Below, in pieces: positions 14,299 to 23,605 of a stretch of DNA of 24,661 nt. A program made the position numbers and the translations under genes. The notes beneath the pieces are model-generated. The model did no database searches, was not told the origin of the DNA, and saw nothing but the letters and a program-made list of their open reading frames with translations. Source of the stretch: an uncultured Candidatus Saccharibacteria bacterium (GTDB lineage Bacteria > Patescibacteriota > Minisyncoccia > Phycocordibacterales > SBAW01); NCBI GenBank assembly GCA_964559665.1, contig CAZLHN010000001.1, positions 1 through 24,661 on the forward strand, given 5' to 3'. Numbering within the stretch: the stretch's first letter is position 1; the number at the start of each line of letters is the position of its first letter.

Positions 14299-16515
14299 AT
14301 GAAGTTAGTGATCGTGGAGTCGCCCGCCAAGGCGAAGACTATTGAGAAGTACCTTTCCGACATAGACAAGAAAGGCGACTTTGTCGTGCGCGCATCGGTG
14401 GGCCACGTGCGCGACCTCCCAAAGTCCAACAAAAAAGCGATCGACATCCCGGCGGGCTTTGTCCCCCATTACGAAGTCGTGCCCGGCAAGATGAAGGTCA
14501 TCGACGAACTCCAAGCGCTCGCTAAAAAAGCCGACGAGGTGATATTGGCCACCGACCCGGACCGCGAGGGCGAGGCTATCGCATGGCACATCGGCCAGGA
14601 ACTCAAGCTTAAAAAGCCGGAGCGCATCGTATTCCATGAGATTACAAAAGAGGCCATCGCCGAGGCGCTGGCAAACCCGCGCCAGATCGATCAAAACCTG
14701 CGCTACGCACAAGAGGCGCGCCGCGTGCTCGACCGCCTCGTGGGCTATGACCTCTCGGGGCTCATCTGGAAGAAGGTCCGATACGGGCTCTCCGCCGGGC
14801 GCGTACAGTCGCCCGCTCTACGCATCATTATGGAGCGCGAGCGCGAGATACGCGCGTTTATACCGGAGACCTACTGGGTTATTACCGCCCAGACGCAGAC
14901 GGCGCACAAAGACGCTCTACTGCTGACGTGCGTCGAGGAGCCGCGCAAAAAGGACGATGTCGAAAAGATAATCAATGCGGTCAAAAAAGACGGGCTTACA
15001 GTCGCCGACGTGACCGAAAGCGAAATGAAGCGCGCTCCTCGTGCACCGTTTACCACCTCGACACTGCAGCAGGCGGCATCGACCCGTCTTGGCTTTTCGC
15101 CGTCCAACACGATGCGTATCGCGCAGAAGCTCTACGAGGCGGGGCATATCACTTACATGCGCACCGACTCCACTAACCTCGGCGCTCCCGCGCGCGCGGC
15201 GCTGCTGGCGCACGTGGAAAAAAAGTACGGAAAGGAGTACGTACAGCCGCATACCTTTACCGTCAAGTCCAAAAATGCCCAGGAGGCCCATGAGGCAGTG
15301 CGCCCAACGCATATAGAAAAGGAGAGCATCGGCACTACGCCGGAGCAAAAAAAGTTATACGAACTGATCTGGGCGCGCACGCTGGCATCGCAGATGGCTG
15401 ACGCGAAGCTGCTCAAGACAAAAATTGTCGCAGAAACAAAAGATAAAGCTGTTCCGCAATTCGCGGCCAACGGCTCGCGTGTCGTATTTGACGGCTGGCT
15501 CAAGGCCGACCCGAAGGCAGCCGGCGAGGATGTCGAACTCCCGAAGGTCTCGGCAAAAGAAGAGCTCGATGTGAAGGATGTCTCGGCTGAGGAAAAGCAG
15601 ACCACGCCGCCGCAGCGATACAGTGAGGCTGGTTTGATTAAAGAATTAGAGAAGCGCGGCATCGGGCGCCCTTCGACCTATGCGAGCATCATGAAGACGC
15701 TCCAGGACCGCGGCTACGTGCTCAAGGAGGGCCGCTCGCTTATCCCGACCGACACGGGCGACGTTGTCTCGACCTTCCTCGAGGACAACTTCCCCACCTA
15801 CATATCGGATACGTTCACGGCAGAGATGGAGGACGAGCTTGACGACATCGCGCAGGGCAAGCGCGAGTATACAAAGACGCTCGGCGACTTTTACACGCCG
15901 TTTCTCAAGGATGTAAAAACGCGCGATAAAGAGGCCGGCAAGATAACCGATCTGGGCCCTGCCCCCGCAGAATTTAAGTGCCCTATCTGCGGCTCGCCGA
16001 TGGTGTTTAAGCTATCGCGCCAAGGCAAGTTCATGAGCTGCGCACGCTTCCCGGAGTGCCTTGGCGCGCGCACGGAAGCCGGCGAAGTGATATCCAACGA
16101 GCCGCCCAAGCCGATCGGCACCTATCCGGAGAGCGGTGAGCCCATTTATGTTTTGACCGGGCGCTTCGGCCCGTATGTGCAAGTCGGCGAGACACCGACC
16201 GGCAAGGGCTCAAAATCCAAGAACAAGCCGCATCGCGCGAGTGTGCCGAAGGAAAAGCTGCCCGAGGATGTAACAATAGAAGATGCGCTCAAATATTTGA
16301 GCCTCCCGCGCACGCTGGGTGTGCATCCCGAAACGGGAGAGAATATAGTCGCTAATGTCGGCCGCTTTGGCCCCTATATCGCGCACAATACTAAGCCGAA
16401 GCCCGACTTCCGCTCCCTTAAAACAGACGACGTATATCAGATAGACTTGCCGAGAGCGATGGAGATTTTGAAAGAAGAAAAGAAGCGTCGGGGATTTACC
16501 AGGAAGGCGAAATAA
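14299..16515 (+). CDS. topA: DNA topoisomerase I (type IA)
   Basis: LVIVESPAKAKTI, LATDPDREGEAI (TOPRIM), SAGRVQS, ITYMRTDS catalytic Tyr, AQEAHEAVRP, GIGRPSTYA; one C4 zinc ribbon plus GRFGPY repeats. Confidence 0.98.
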   Translation: MKLVIVESPAKAKTIEKYLSDIDKKGDFVVRASVGHVRDLPKSNKKAIDIPAGFVPHYEVVPGKMKVIDELQALAKKADEVILATDPDREGEAIAWHIGQELKLKKPERIVFHEITKEAIAEALANPRQIDQNLRYAQEARRVLDRLVGYDLSGLIWKKVRYGLSAGRVQSPALRIIMEREREIRAFIPETYWVITAQTQTAHKDALLLTCVEEPRKKDDVEKIINAVKKDGLTVADVTESEMKRAPRAPFTTSTLQQAASTRLGFSPSNTMRIAQKLYEAGHITYMRTDSTNLGAPARAALLAHVEKKYGKEYVQPHTFTVKSKNAQEAHEAVRPTHIEKESIGTTPEQKKLYELIWARTLASQMADAKLLKTKIVAETKDKAVPQFAANGSRVVFDGWLKADPKAAGEDVELPKVSAKEELDVKDVSAEEKQTTPPQRYSEAGLIKELEKRGIGRPSTYASIMKTLQDRGYVLKEGRSLIPTDTGDVVSTFLEDNFPTYISDTFTAEMEDELDDIAQGKREYTKTLGDFYTPFLKDVKTRDKEAGKITDLGPAPAEFKCPICGSPMVFKLSRQGKFMSCARFPECLGARTEAGEVISNEPPKPIGTYPESGEPIYVLTGRFGPYVQVGETPTGKGSKSKNKPHRASVPKEKLPEDVTIEDALKYLSLPRTLGVHPETGENIVANVGRFGPYIAHNTKPKPDFRSLKTDDVYQIDLPRAMEILKEEKKRRGFTRKAK

Positions 16516-16521
16516 AAAGAG

Positions 16522-16550
16522 GAAGCGCGGGGATATTGTCCCCGCGCTTC
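16522..16550 (-). terminator. terminator between convergent topA and the 119-aa gene
   Basis: GAAGCGCGGGGA-TATTG-TCCCCGCGCTTC; T-rich run follows on the minus strand. Confidence 0.75.
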
Positions 16551-16563
16551 GCATACTCGGCTG

Positions 16564-16923
16564 CTACATGTTCCTGCCGCGCTGGAGGCGGCGATGAATC
16601 GTAACCGGACGCCGCGCCTGATGCGGCCGCGGCACCCCGCCCGTAAAGTTATGCGGACGGAGTTCCTGGAAATGAAACGGGCGTTCCTTGTGGAATGGCA
16701 ACGGCCGCAAAAAGTCCAGCATCAGATCGTCGAACTCGAGCCGTTTGACGATATCGATCCTGACCTGCTCCGGAGTGGGCTCAAAAAGCAGATCGATCAA
16801 ATCGATCACCCTGATCTCGCCGCTCTTTGGCAGAGCCGCTTCTTCCAATGCCATGCCGGCTGCCAGAGCCTTCAGAGCGTCCTCGGGCACTCCCAATAGC
16901 ACGAGTATTTCGTCTTCGCGCAT
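16564..16923 (-). CDS. hypothetical protein (119 aa)
   Basis: GGGAG SD before ATG 16923. The ORF-track start at 16989 coincides with a TTGACG-17-TATGAT promoter. Downstream terminator present. Confidence 0.6.
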   Translation of the reverse strand: MREDEILVLLGVPEDALKALAAGMALEEAALPKSGEIRVIDLIDLLFEPTPEQVRIDIVKRLEFDDLMLDFLRPLPFHKERPFHFQELRPHNFTGGVPRPHQARRPVTIHRRLQRGRNM

Positions 16924-17019
16924 GCGCACTCCCGTGGTTGCATGAACTTTGCCGAAAAACATCATAGCACGGTTTATAAAATACGTCAAAATCGAAAAGA
17001 AGTACTATACTAAGGGTAT

Positions 17020-18591
17020 ATGCCCGATGCTAAGGAAATCGTTGGCAAGATGAGCTCTCCTACTGCGGAGGATACCGCCCTGGTCGAAAAGGCCTACGCT
17101 TTTGCCGCCGAGGCGCATAAGGACCATAAGCGATTCTCCGGCGAGCCTTTTTTGACGCATCTAGCCGCCACGGCCGAGTCGCTGGCCGAACTCGGCATGG
17201 GCTCGAAAACCATCGCCGCAGGGCTGCTGCATGACACGATCGAGGACATGCACGTTGATCCTGCGGTCATTGAGCGTGAGTTCGGCAAAGACGTGCTTTT
17301 TTTGATAGACGGCGTGACCAAGCTCGGACATCTCAAATATCGCGGTACCGAGCGGCACCGCGAAAGCTTGCGCAAACTGCTGGTCGCAACCGGCAAGGAC
17401 GTGCGGGTGCTCATCATCAAGCTGATGGACCGGCTGCACAATATGCGCACGCTTGAATACGTGCCGGAGGCAAAGCGCCGCCGCATTGCGCTTGAGACGC
17501 TCGAGATCTATGCGGCAATCGCGCACCGCCTCGGCATGGGAGTGGTGCGTAAAGAGCTCGAGGACCTCGCCTTCCGTTGGGCGTACCCGGAGGAATACGC
17601 CGAGGCGCAGAAATTGTTGACCGAAAAGGCAAAAGAGACGCAGGAACGCCTCGAGGAGATGACGCGCACGCTCAAAAAAGAGCTCGCCAAGAACGAGATC
17701 ACGCAGTTTGAGACCGACTACCGGGTAAAAGGCCTCTGGAGCCTATGGCAAAAGCTCAAGCGCAAGGAGGGCGACGTCGCCAAAGTCTACGATATCGCCG
17801 CGCTGCGCGTGGTGGTCGAGAATATTGCGGATTGCTACCGAGTGCTCGGCATCGTCAACAACCTCTGGCAGCCGCTCCCCTACAAGATCAAGGATTACAT
17901 CGCCTTCCCGAAGCCCAACGGGTATCAGTCGCTCCATACCACCGTGTTTGCCGGCGACGGCGGCATAGTCGAGGTACAGATCCGCACGCGCGAGATGCAT
18001 CGCGACGCGCAGTTCGGCATCACGGCGCACGTGATATATAAAGAGCGCGGCAAGGGCGCTACCGCCGGGCCCGCTCGAGGGCGCGGCTCGAGCTTTGACT
18101 GGATACGTTCGCTCTTGCCGGGCTTCAGGCGGCCTGCGGAGCAGAAGCCCGACGAGAAGTCCGCTCCGGCGGCGGCAAAACCCGCACGCACGCGTTACGG
18201 GTCGGCGCCGGTGCCCGAATGGCTCTCGGGGATCGAGGAAAACGAGCTCGAGGACCCCGACTTCGACACCGCAGTGCGCGGCGACATATTCTCGCACCGG
18301 GTGTTCGTATTCACCCCGCGCGGCGACGTGGTGGACTTGCCGACGCAGGCAACCCCGATAGACTTTGCATACGCGATACACTCCGACCTCGGCAACCGAG
18401 TGGCTGGGGCAAAAGTCAATGGAAAGTTAGTCCCGCTCGATACGCAGCTCCACAACGGCGACATCGTCGAGATACAGACAAAAAAGAACGCGCGGCCAAA
18501 AACAAAATGGCTCGACTTCACCAAAACAACCATGGCGCGCAGGCATATCAGGAACGCCTTGGAAGCAGAAAAGAAAAACTCCGCACTCTAG
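17020..18591 (+). CDS. rel: RelA/SpoT homologue: (p)ppGpp hydrolase + synthetase + TGS, no ACT domain
   Basis: AGLLHDTIED, IKLMDRLHNMRTL, YDIAALRVV, KDYIAFPKPNGYQSLHT, EVQIRT, TPIDFAYAIHS (TGS). Confidence 0.93.
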   Translation: MPDAKEIVGKMSSPTAEDTALVEKAYAFAAEAHKDHKRFSGEPFLTHLAATAESLAELGMGSKTIAAGLLHDTIEDMHVDPAVIEREFGKDVLFLIDGVTKLGHLKYRGTERHRESLRKLLVATGKDVRVLIIKLMDRLHNMRTLEYVPEAKRRRIALETLEIYAAIAHRLGMGVVRKELEDLAFRWAYPEEYAEAQKLLTEKAKETQERLEEMTRTLKKELAKNEITQFETDYRVKGLWSLWQKLKRKEGDVAKVYDIAALRVVVENIADCYRVLGIVNNLWQPLPYKIKDYIAFPKPNGYQSLHTTVFAGDGGIVEVQIRTREMHRDAQFGITAHVIYKERGKGATAGPARGRGSSFDWIRSLLPGFRRPAEQKPDEKSAPAAAKPARTRYGSAPVPEWLSGIEENELEDPDFDTAVRGDIFSHRVFVFTPRGDVVDLPTQATPIDFAYAIHSDLGNRVAGAKVNGKLVPLDTQLHNGDIVEIQTKKNARPKTKWLDFTKTTMARRHIRNALEAEKKNSAL

Positions 18592-19229
18592 CCAAGATGC
18601 GCGTGGTCGTTTACGACCGAAAGATACCACGGCCATGCCGTGTCTTTTTCGTTATCGTATCCGATGATCGAAAGGCCCGTATTTTCCATATGAATGCCGT
18701 TTACAAAAACGCCACACTCGCGCGATAGAATGTCCTTTCCAAATAACGTGCAGGCTAGCAGAACCTTTAAGAACCATCCATGAGTCACTACCAAAATGTG
18801 CTCTTGCGGAAGATCCTCTAGGTATTTGAGTGCAGCCGCGACTCGCACAGTTACCTCTGCAAAATTCTCTTCGTCCGAGTAGCGCGGCCCATTAGTATAA
18901 AAATTGTTGTCGATTATCTTTTGTATCCGCGCCATCTCGGGATCAAGCTCGGAGTTACCGATAAGCTCAGAAGCATTGCGCCCTTCCACAAATAGAGCGG
19001 AATTCATAATCACTCGGCCCGTCTTGTCGGCGATATGCTTGGCGGTTTCCTGGGCGCGCGTCATAGTGCTTGCAATAATGACACCGATCGGCAGCTTCAT
19101 CGCACGCTCGGCCATAAACTCTGCTTGTGCGTGGCCCCTTTCGGTCAGAGGCGACGTATCGGATGCATGCATATTGGCCGCGTTCGCAACGCTTTCGCCA
19201 TGCCTGACAAAATAGATCTTCTTTTTCAT
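18588..19229 (-). CDS. histidine phosphatase (phosphoglycerate mutase family), paralog 2
   Basis: VRHGES, STMTRA, VVTHG motifs; ends NDHAHLG. Confidence 0.9.
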   Translation of the reverse strand: MKKKIYFVRHGESVANAANMHASDTSPLTERGHAQAEFMAERAMKLPIGVIIASTMTRAQETAKHIADKTGRVIMNSALFVEGRNASELIGNSELDPEMARIQKIIDNNFYTNGPRYSDEENFAEVTVRVAAALKYLEDLPQEHILVVTHGWFLKVLLACTLFGKDILSRECGVFVNGIHMENTGLSIIGYDNEKDTAWPWYLSVVNDHAHLG

Positions 19230-19238
19230 ATATGGGAT

Positions 19239-19871
19239 TCAGCCTAGGTGCGCGTGGTCGTTCCAGACCCATACAAGCCAAGGATTTCTCCTTCGAGCCT
19301 CATCCCATCGCAACACGCTTAAGCCTGTATTTTCTAGCTCAAACGAAGACATAAAAGCATTGCATTCGCGAGCGGTAAGAGAAGCGCCAAAAACCGCATA
19401 TGATATCAATACGCGCGAGAAAAGCCCGTGGGTTGCAACTACAATATGATCCTCTTTTCTTTGTGTAAGATATGTTAATGCTTTTTCCGCACGCTCCTTT
19501 CTATCATCGAAGTTTTCTTCGTCCGCAAAACGATATCCCGGCCCAAAGTTTTCCCAGATTATTTGCCATGCGGCCGACCCTTCCGGATCATTATACGGTT
19601 TGGACTCAAACTTACTTAATCCACGACATTCAACAAAAAGATCAGAAAATTCCGCCCGTACGTCTATCCTTTCGGCGATTATCGCGGCAGTATCGTGTGC
19701 GCGAGTCATGGTACTTCCTAAAACTAAATCAATAGGAAGCTTTGCGCAACGCTCCGCAATAAAAGCGGCCTGCTCGCGACCGCGCGCAGTAAGCGGTGTA
19801 CTTGCGCTTCCGTGCACGAGAGCCACATTCGCCTCGCTCTCACCGTGCCGGACAAGATATATCGTCTTCAT
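19239..19871 (-). CDS. histidine phosphatase (phosphoglycerate mutase family), paralog 1
   Basis: VRHGES, STMTRA, VATHG motifs; ends NDHAHLG; ATG abuts the parB stop. Confidence 0.9.
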   Translation of the reverse strand: MKTIYLVRHGESEANVALVHGSASTPLTARGREQAAFIAERCAKLPIDLVLGSTMTRAHDTAAIIAERIDVRAEFSDLFVECRGLSKFESKPYNDPEGSAAWQIIWENFGPGYRFADEENFDDRKERAEKALTYLTQRKEDHIVVATHGLFSRVLISYAVFGASLTARECNAFMSSFELENTGLSVLRWDEARRRNPWLVWVWNDHAHLG

Positions 19872-20828
19872 CTAGATAGAGAAATTGCTCGGGTCGAAGG
19901 TGTTTTCGTCTTTTGTGATCTCTTCTTTGCTGCGATCATCCAGGTTTTGAGACTCCGGAGTCGGAACCTCTACCTTTTTTTCCTGAGCAGGCTTCGAAGC
20001 TATCCTGGCTGCAAGCGACGCAAACAATACGCGTAGATCGTCCTCGCTCATAAAATCTATCGAGAGCTTGCCGCCGTTTTCCTTGGGCTCTATCGCCACG
20101 CGCGTGCCGAGCGCAGCCGTCAGCTCGCGCTCCATTTCCAAGATCTCGGGCGCGTACAGATATTCCTTTTTGCGCACGCGGTCGTATGCGATGCGGCGCG
20201 CGATTGACTCCGAGTCCCGCACGGTGAGCCTCTTCAGCATGATCTCCTTAAAGAGCGTCGTCTGCTCCTCGGGCCTGTCGACCAGCATCATGAGCGGCCG
20301 CGTGTGGCCCTCGGATATCTTGCCGTCGGCAAGCGCCTGCTGCATTTCCTCGGGCATGCTGAGGAGTCGGATCGTGTTGGATACATACTCGCGGCTCTTG
20401 CCGATCTTTGCAGCCACCTCCGTGTGCTTGAAGCCGAACTCTGACACAAGCCGCGAGAAAGCCTTGGCGCGGTCGATCGGGTTGAGGTCCTCGCGCTGGA
20501 GGTTCTCGATTATCGCGAGCTCGAGCTTGGTCTTGTCGTCGTCAAACGAATCGCGGATCAAGACCGGCACCTGGGATATACCCGCGAGCTTTGCCGCGCG
20601 CAGGCGGCGCTCTCCCGCTATCAGTTCGTATTCCGCCGCTAAGCCGCCATCTTCCTTCTCTACCTCGCGGCGCGAAACTGTGAGCGGCTGGATGACGCCG
20701 TACTGCCTGACCGAGTTGGCCAGGTCGCGCAATTTTGCCTCGTCGAACTCGCGCCGCGGCTGGAAGGGGTTGGGCTTTATCTTGTCGACCTCGACCCAAA
20801 AAATAGCGTTGTTGTAAAAGCCTGCCAT
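19872..20828 (-). CDS. parB: ParB/Spo0J partition protein
   Basis: PNPFQPRREFD, GVIQP, LIAGERRLRAA, IENLQREDLNPID, HTH. Start reset to ATG 20828 because the longer ORF overlaps tRNA-Leu. Confidence 0.94.
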   Translation of the reverse strand: MAGFYNNAIFWVEVDKIKPNPFQPRREFDEAKLRDLANSVRQYGVIQPLTVSRREVEKEDGGLAAEYELIAGERRLRAAKLAGISQVPVLIRDSFDDDKTKLELAIIENLQREDLNPIDRAKAFSRLVSEFGFKHTEVAAKIGKSREYVSNTIRLLSMPEEMQQALADGKISEGHTRPLMMLVDRPEEQTTLFKEIMLKRLTVRDSESIARRIAYDRVRKKEYLYAPEILEMERELTAALGTRVAIEPKENGGKLSIDFMSEDDLRVLFASLAARIASKPAQEKKVEVPTPESQNLDDRSKEEITKDENTFDPSNFSI

Positions 20829-20858
20829 AAAAGATATTCTAACACAGCAGAGTAGTTT

Positions 20859-20940
20859 GCCGGAGTGGCGGAATTGGTATACGCGCACGACTCAAAATCG
20901 TGTCTCGCAAGGGATGAGGGTTCGACTCCCTCCTCCGGCA
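20859..20940 (+). tRNA. tRNA-Leu(CAA), CCA not encoded
   Basis: GCCGGAG/CTCCGGC acceptor, CACGA-CTCAAAA-TCGTG anticodon arm, long variable arm, TTCGACT T-loop. Confidence 0.96.
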
Positions 20941-21008
20941 CATAGTTTATTTTTTATAGATCTGTGGTAGTGTGCGTAGCAGTTTTGGACCTTACAAGGG
21001 AGGGGCAG

Positions 21009-21749
21009 ATGCCCAAACGCATTAGAATAATCTTTGCCCATGACAAGAGCGTCTTCGGCAAAGAAGAGCAAGGTCTGTTCAGACGCATCGACCCCTACGT
21101 CGACATGTACAAGATCGGCCTGGAGGCGATATACGCCGAGGACATCGCAACCGGCAAATCCATCGCACGGCTGAAACGCGAGTTCGTCCAAGAAGTGCTC
21201 GAGAAGGATGTCTTTCTCGACGCAAAGCTCACCGATATCGGTACGACGGTGCACGGCGCTGCGCGCAATATCGTTACGCTCGGCGTGAAGATGTTCACTG
21301 TCCATGCATCTATAAGCGATAATGGTCTCTCGCTTGTTGCAGAGGTATGCGCCGGTAGCGACACCATGCCGCTTGCGGTGACGGTGCTGAGCGATTTGGA
21401 CGACATAGAGTGCAAATCGCGTTTCGGCGAGGTGCCCGGCCCCACCGCGTTGCGTTTTGCGGAAAACGCAAAGACGCTCGGCTTCCGCGGGCTCGTGTCC
21501 GCACCGAAGGAACTCCCGTTCCTGAAGAGCGAGGGCATTCTCGAGGGCATGACTACTGTTGCCGCCGGGGTGCGCTCAAAAGGCATCGGCAGCGACGACC
21601 AAAAGCGGCCTATGACCCCTGCCGAAGCGGCTCTGGCGGGCGCCGACTACGTCGTCGTCGGCCGTGAGATCGTGCTGGCAAAGGATCCCGTCCGGGAAGC
21701 CGCGCGGATCCGCGCCGAACTCGATGCGGCCGTTCACGCTGTCGCATAA
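21009..21749 (+). CDS. pyrF: orotidine-5'-phosphate decarboxylase (divergent)
   Basis: YKIGLE, FLDAKLTDIGTTV (DxKxxD), FTVHAS, AVTVLS, GADYVVVGR; GGAGG SD before ATG 21009. Confidence 0.88.
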   Translation: MPKRIRIIFAHDKSVFGKEEQGLFRRIDPYVDMYKIGLEAIYAEDIATGKSIARLKREFVQEVLEKDVFLDAKLTDIGTTVHGAARNIVTLGVKMFTVHASISDNGLSLVAEVCAGSDTMPLAVTVLSDLDDIECKSRFGEVPGPTALRFAENAKTLGFRGLVSAPKELPFLKSEGILEGMTTVAAGVRSKGIGSDDQKRPMTPAEAALAGADYVVVGREIVLAKDPVREAARIRAELDAAVHAVA

Positions 21750-21764
21750 TATTCTCGCACTACT

Positions 21765-21797
21765 GCGCCTCTCCTCCGGGAGAGGTGCTTTTCTTTT
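21765..21797 (+). terminator. intrinsic terminator between pyrF and pyrE
   Basis: GCGCCTCTCC-TCCG-GGAGAGGTGC + TTTTCTTTT. Confidence 0.7.
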
Positions 21798-21850
21798 CAC
21801 CACACAATGCTATGCTCTTGTCAGTTTGTTCCAACGAGAGGGCATGACCC

Positions 21851-22573
21851 ATGGATATTCCAAGCACTAGTGATGCATATTGGGACGCCAAGTTCCGCGA
21901 GGCCAAGGCCTTCTGGAAGCATGATGGCAACCCCAAGCGGCCCTACGCGCTGCTGTCGACTCGTAGTTCCACGGGGACGCGGAGGATCAGCAACGCCTTC
22001 TTCAAGGGCAGCAAGATCTCCCAGCGCCCTGCGCTTCTGGAAGAGGCGACGCGGGAGCTGGTGCGACGGGCGAACGTGTACCTGCGCTCGGCATGCAACC
22101 TCCAACTGCACGCCGACGTGGTCGTGGCTCCTGCCAAGGGCGCCGTCATGCTCGGCTACGAGATGACGCGGCGTTTCCCTAAAGCGCTCGCCTGGTTCAC
22201 TGAGCCCGAAGGCGAAGGCGCAGCCCGGCATATGGCTCTGCAGCGCTTTGACGAGGATCTCTCGGAGAAATCATGGGTCTTGGGGGTCGAAGATGTCGTA
22301 ACGACGGGCGCCAGCGGAGACTCGGCTATCGACGCCGTACTGGCCCGCCATCGGGTCAACGTGTACGACTGTCTGCTGTGCCTCGCCAACCGCTCGGGGT
22401 TCGATACCACTCCGGGAGGAAAACATATCATCTCGCTCGTAACCATGACCGATGTCCGGGTCTGGAACGAAGGGAGCAATCCCTATACGCCCGGGGCCGG
22501 AGCGGGAAACGAGCTTGTTGAGCCGGTAGATCCGGACCATGAGTGGTACGCGCTCACGCGCGAATACGACTAG
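21851..22573 (+). CDS. pyrE: type I phosphoribosyltransferase, probably orotate PRTase (divergent)
   Basis: VLGVEDVVTTGAS PRPP-binding loop, VVVAPAKGAVMLG, LANRSG; adjacent to pyrF; upstream TGc-TATGCT extended -10. Confidence 0.72.
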   Translation: MDIPSTSDAYWDAKFREAKAFWKHDGNPKRPYALLSTRSSTGTRRISNAFFKGSKISQRPALLEEATRELVRRANVYLRSACNLQLHADVVVAPAKGAVMLGYEMTRRFPKALAWFTEPEGEGAARHMALQRFDEDLSEKSWVLGVEDVVTTGASGDSAIDAVLARHRVNVYDCLLCLANRSGFDTTPGGKHIISLVTMTDVRVWNEGSNPYTPGAGAGNELVEPVDPDHEWYALTREYD

Positions 22574-22580
22574 GCATCAA

Positions 22581-22617
22581 TGCACCCCGGCGCTTGCGCC
22601 GGGGTACTTTCTTTTTT
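22581..22617 (+). terminator. intrinsic terminator after pyrE
   Basis: CCCCGGCGC / GCGCCGGGG stem + TTTCTTTTTT. Confidence 0.85.
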
Positions 22618-22641
22618 ATACCGGTTATGTACATTGAAACC

Positions 22642-23529
22642 GTGCAGAGGCCAAAGGTTATCGCAGTGGTCGGCCCTACCGCGTCGGGGAAATCCTCGCT
22701 CGGCATTTTTCTTGCGCAAAAGCTTGGCGGCGAGATTATCTCCGCCGACTCGCGGCAAGTGTACCGCGGCCTCGACATCGGCACTGGCAAAGTGACCAAA
22801 AAAGAAATGGCGGGCATCCCCCACCATCTGCTAAGTGTTGCCTCGCCCAAAAAAGTATTTACTGTCGACGACTTCGTAAAGCTAGGCGAAATAGCTTGCT
22901 CTCAAATTCTCAAGAATGAAAAGACGCCGATTATCGTGGGCGGCACCGGACTTTACGTAGATGCCCTACTGGGGCGCATGAGTATCCCGAGTGTGCCGCC
23001 AAAGCAAAAATTGCGCGCGCAATTGGAGAAAAAGACTCCCGCGCAGCTTTTGCGCATGCTCCAAAAGCTCGACCCGACTCGAGCCGAAACTATCGAGCAA
23101 AAGAACCCGCGCCGGCTCGTACGCGCGATAGAGATAGCAAAAGCGATCGGCAAGACGCCTCCCAAAAAGGCGGAAGAAAAATATGAGGTGCTGTGGATCG
23201 GCATCAATCCGCCGGAAAAGAAGCTCAGAAAGAATATTCATGCTCGCCTGCTCGCACGAATGAGGGCAGGCATGGTTCGCGAGGCAAAGCAGCTACACAA
23301 ACAAGGACTTTCTTACAAACGTATGGAAGCGTTCGGGCTCGAGTATCGCTCGCTCGCCCAACTTTTGCAGAAAAAGCAGGCGGAAAAAGAAATGATATCG
23401 GAACTCGAGCGCGCGATACAAAAATACGCCAAACGGCAGATGCGCTGGTTCAAGCGCAACCCGGATACCCATTGGATAAGAAATAAGACGGAGGCCCTGC
23501 GGCTGGCAAAAGAGTTTTGCGGGCGCTGA
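22642..23529 (+). CDS. miaA: tRNA dimethylallyltransferase
   Basis: VVGPTASGKS, IISADSRQVYRGLDIGTGK, IPHHL, IVGGTGLY, RRLVRAIE, YAKRQMRWF. Start GTG 22642 or ATG 22627; the longer ORF crosses a terminator. Confidence 0.96.
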   Translation: MQRPKVIAVVGPTASGKSSLGIFLAQKLGGEIISADSRQVYRGLDIGTGKVTKKEMAGIPHHLLSVASPKKVFTVDDFVKLGEIACSQILKNEKTPIIVGGTGLYVDALLGRMSIPSVPPKQKLRAQLEKKTPAQLLRMLQKLDPTRAETIEQKNPRRLVRAIEIAKAIGKTPPKKAEEKYEVLWIGINPPEKKLRKNIHARLLARMRAGMVREAKQLHKQGLSYKRMEAFGLEYRSLAQLLQKKQAEKEMISELERAIQKYAKRQMRWFKRNPDTHWIRNKTEALRLAKEFCGR

Positions 23530-23590
23530 GGGAATCGAACCCCCAATAGCGGTTTTGGAGACCGCTGTTATACCATTTAACTAAGCGCCC
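23520..23590 (-). tRNA. tRNA-Trp(CCA), CCA not encoded
   Basis: GGGCGCT/AGCGCCC acceptor, GCGGT-CTCCAAA-ACCGC anticodon arm, TTCGATT T-loop. Confidence 0.96.
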
Positions 23591-23605
23591 GTAGGGCTTA
23601 GGATA

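Noticed and set aside
19872-20940. parS site or parA next to parB; parB start at 20888
   Set aside because: I saw no TGTTTCACGTGAAACA-like palindrome and no parA in the window; the 20888 start lies inside tRNA-Leu.
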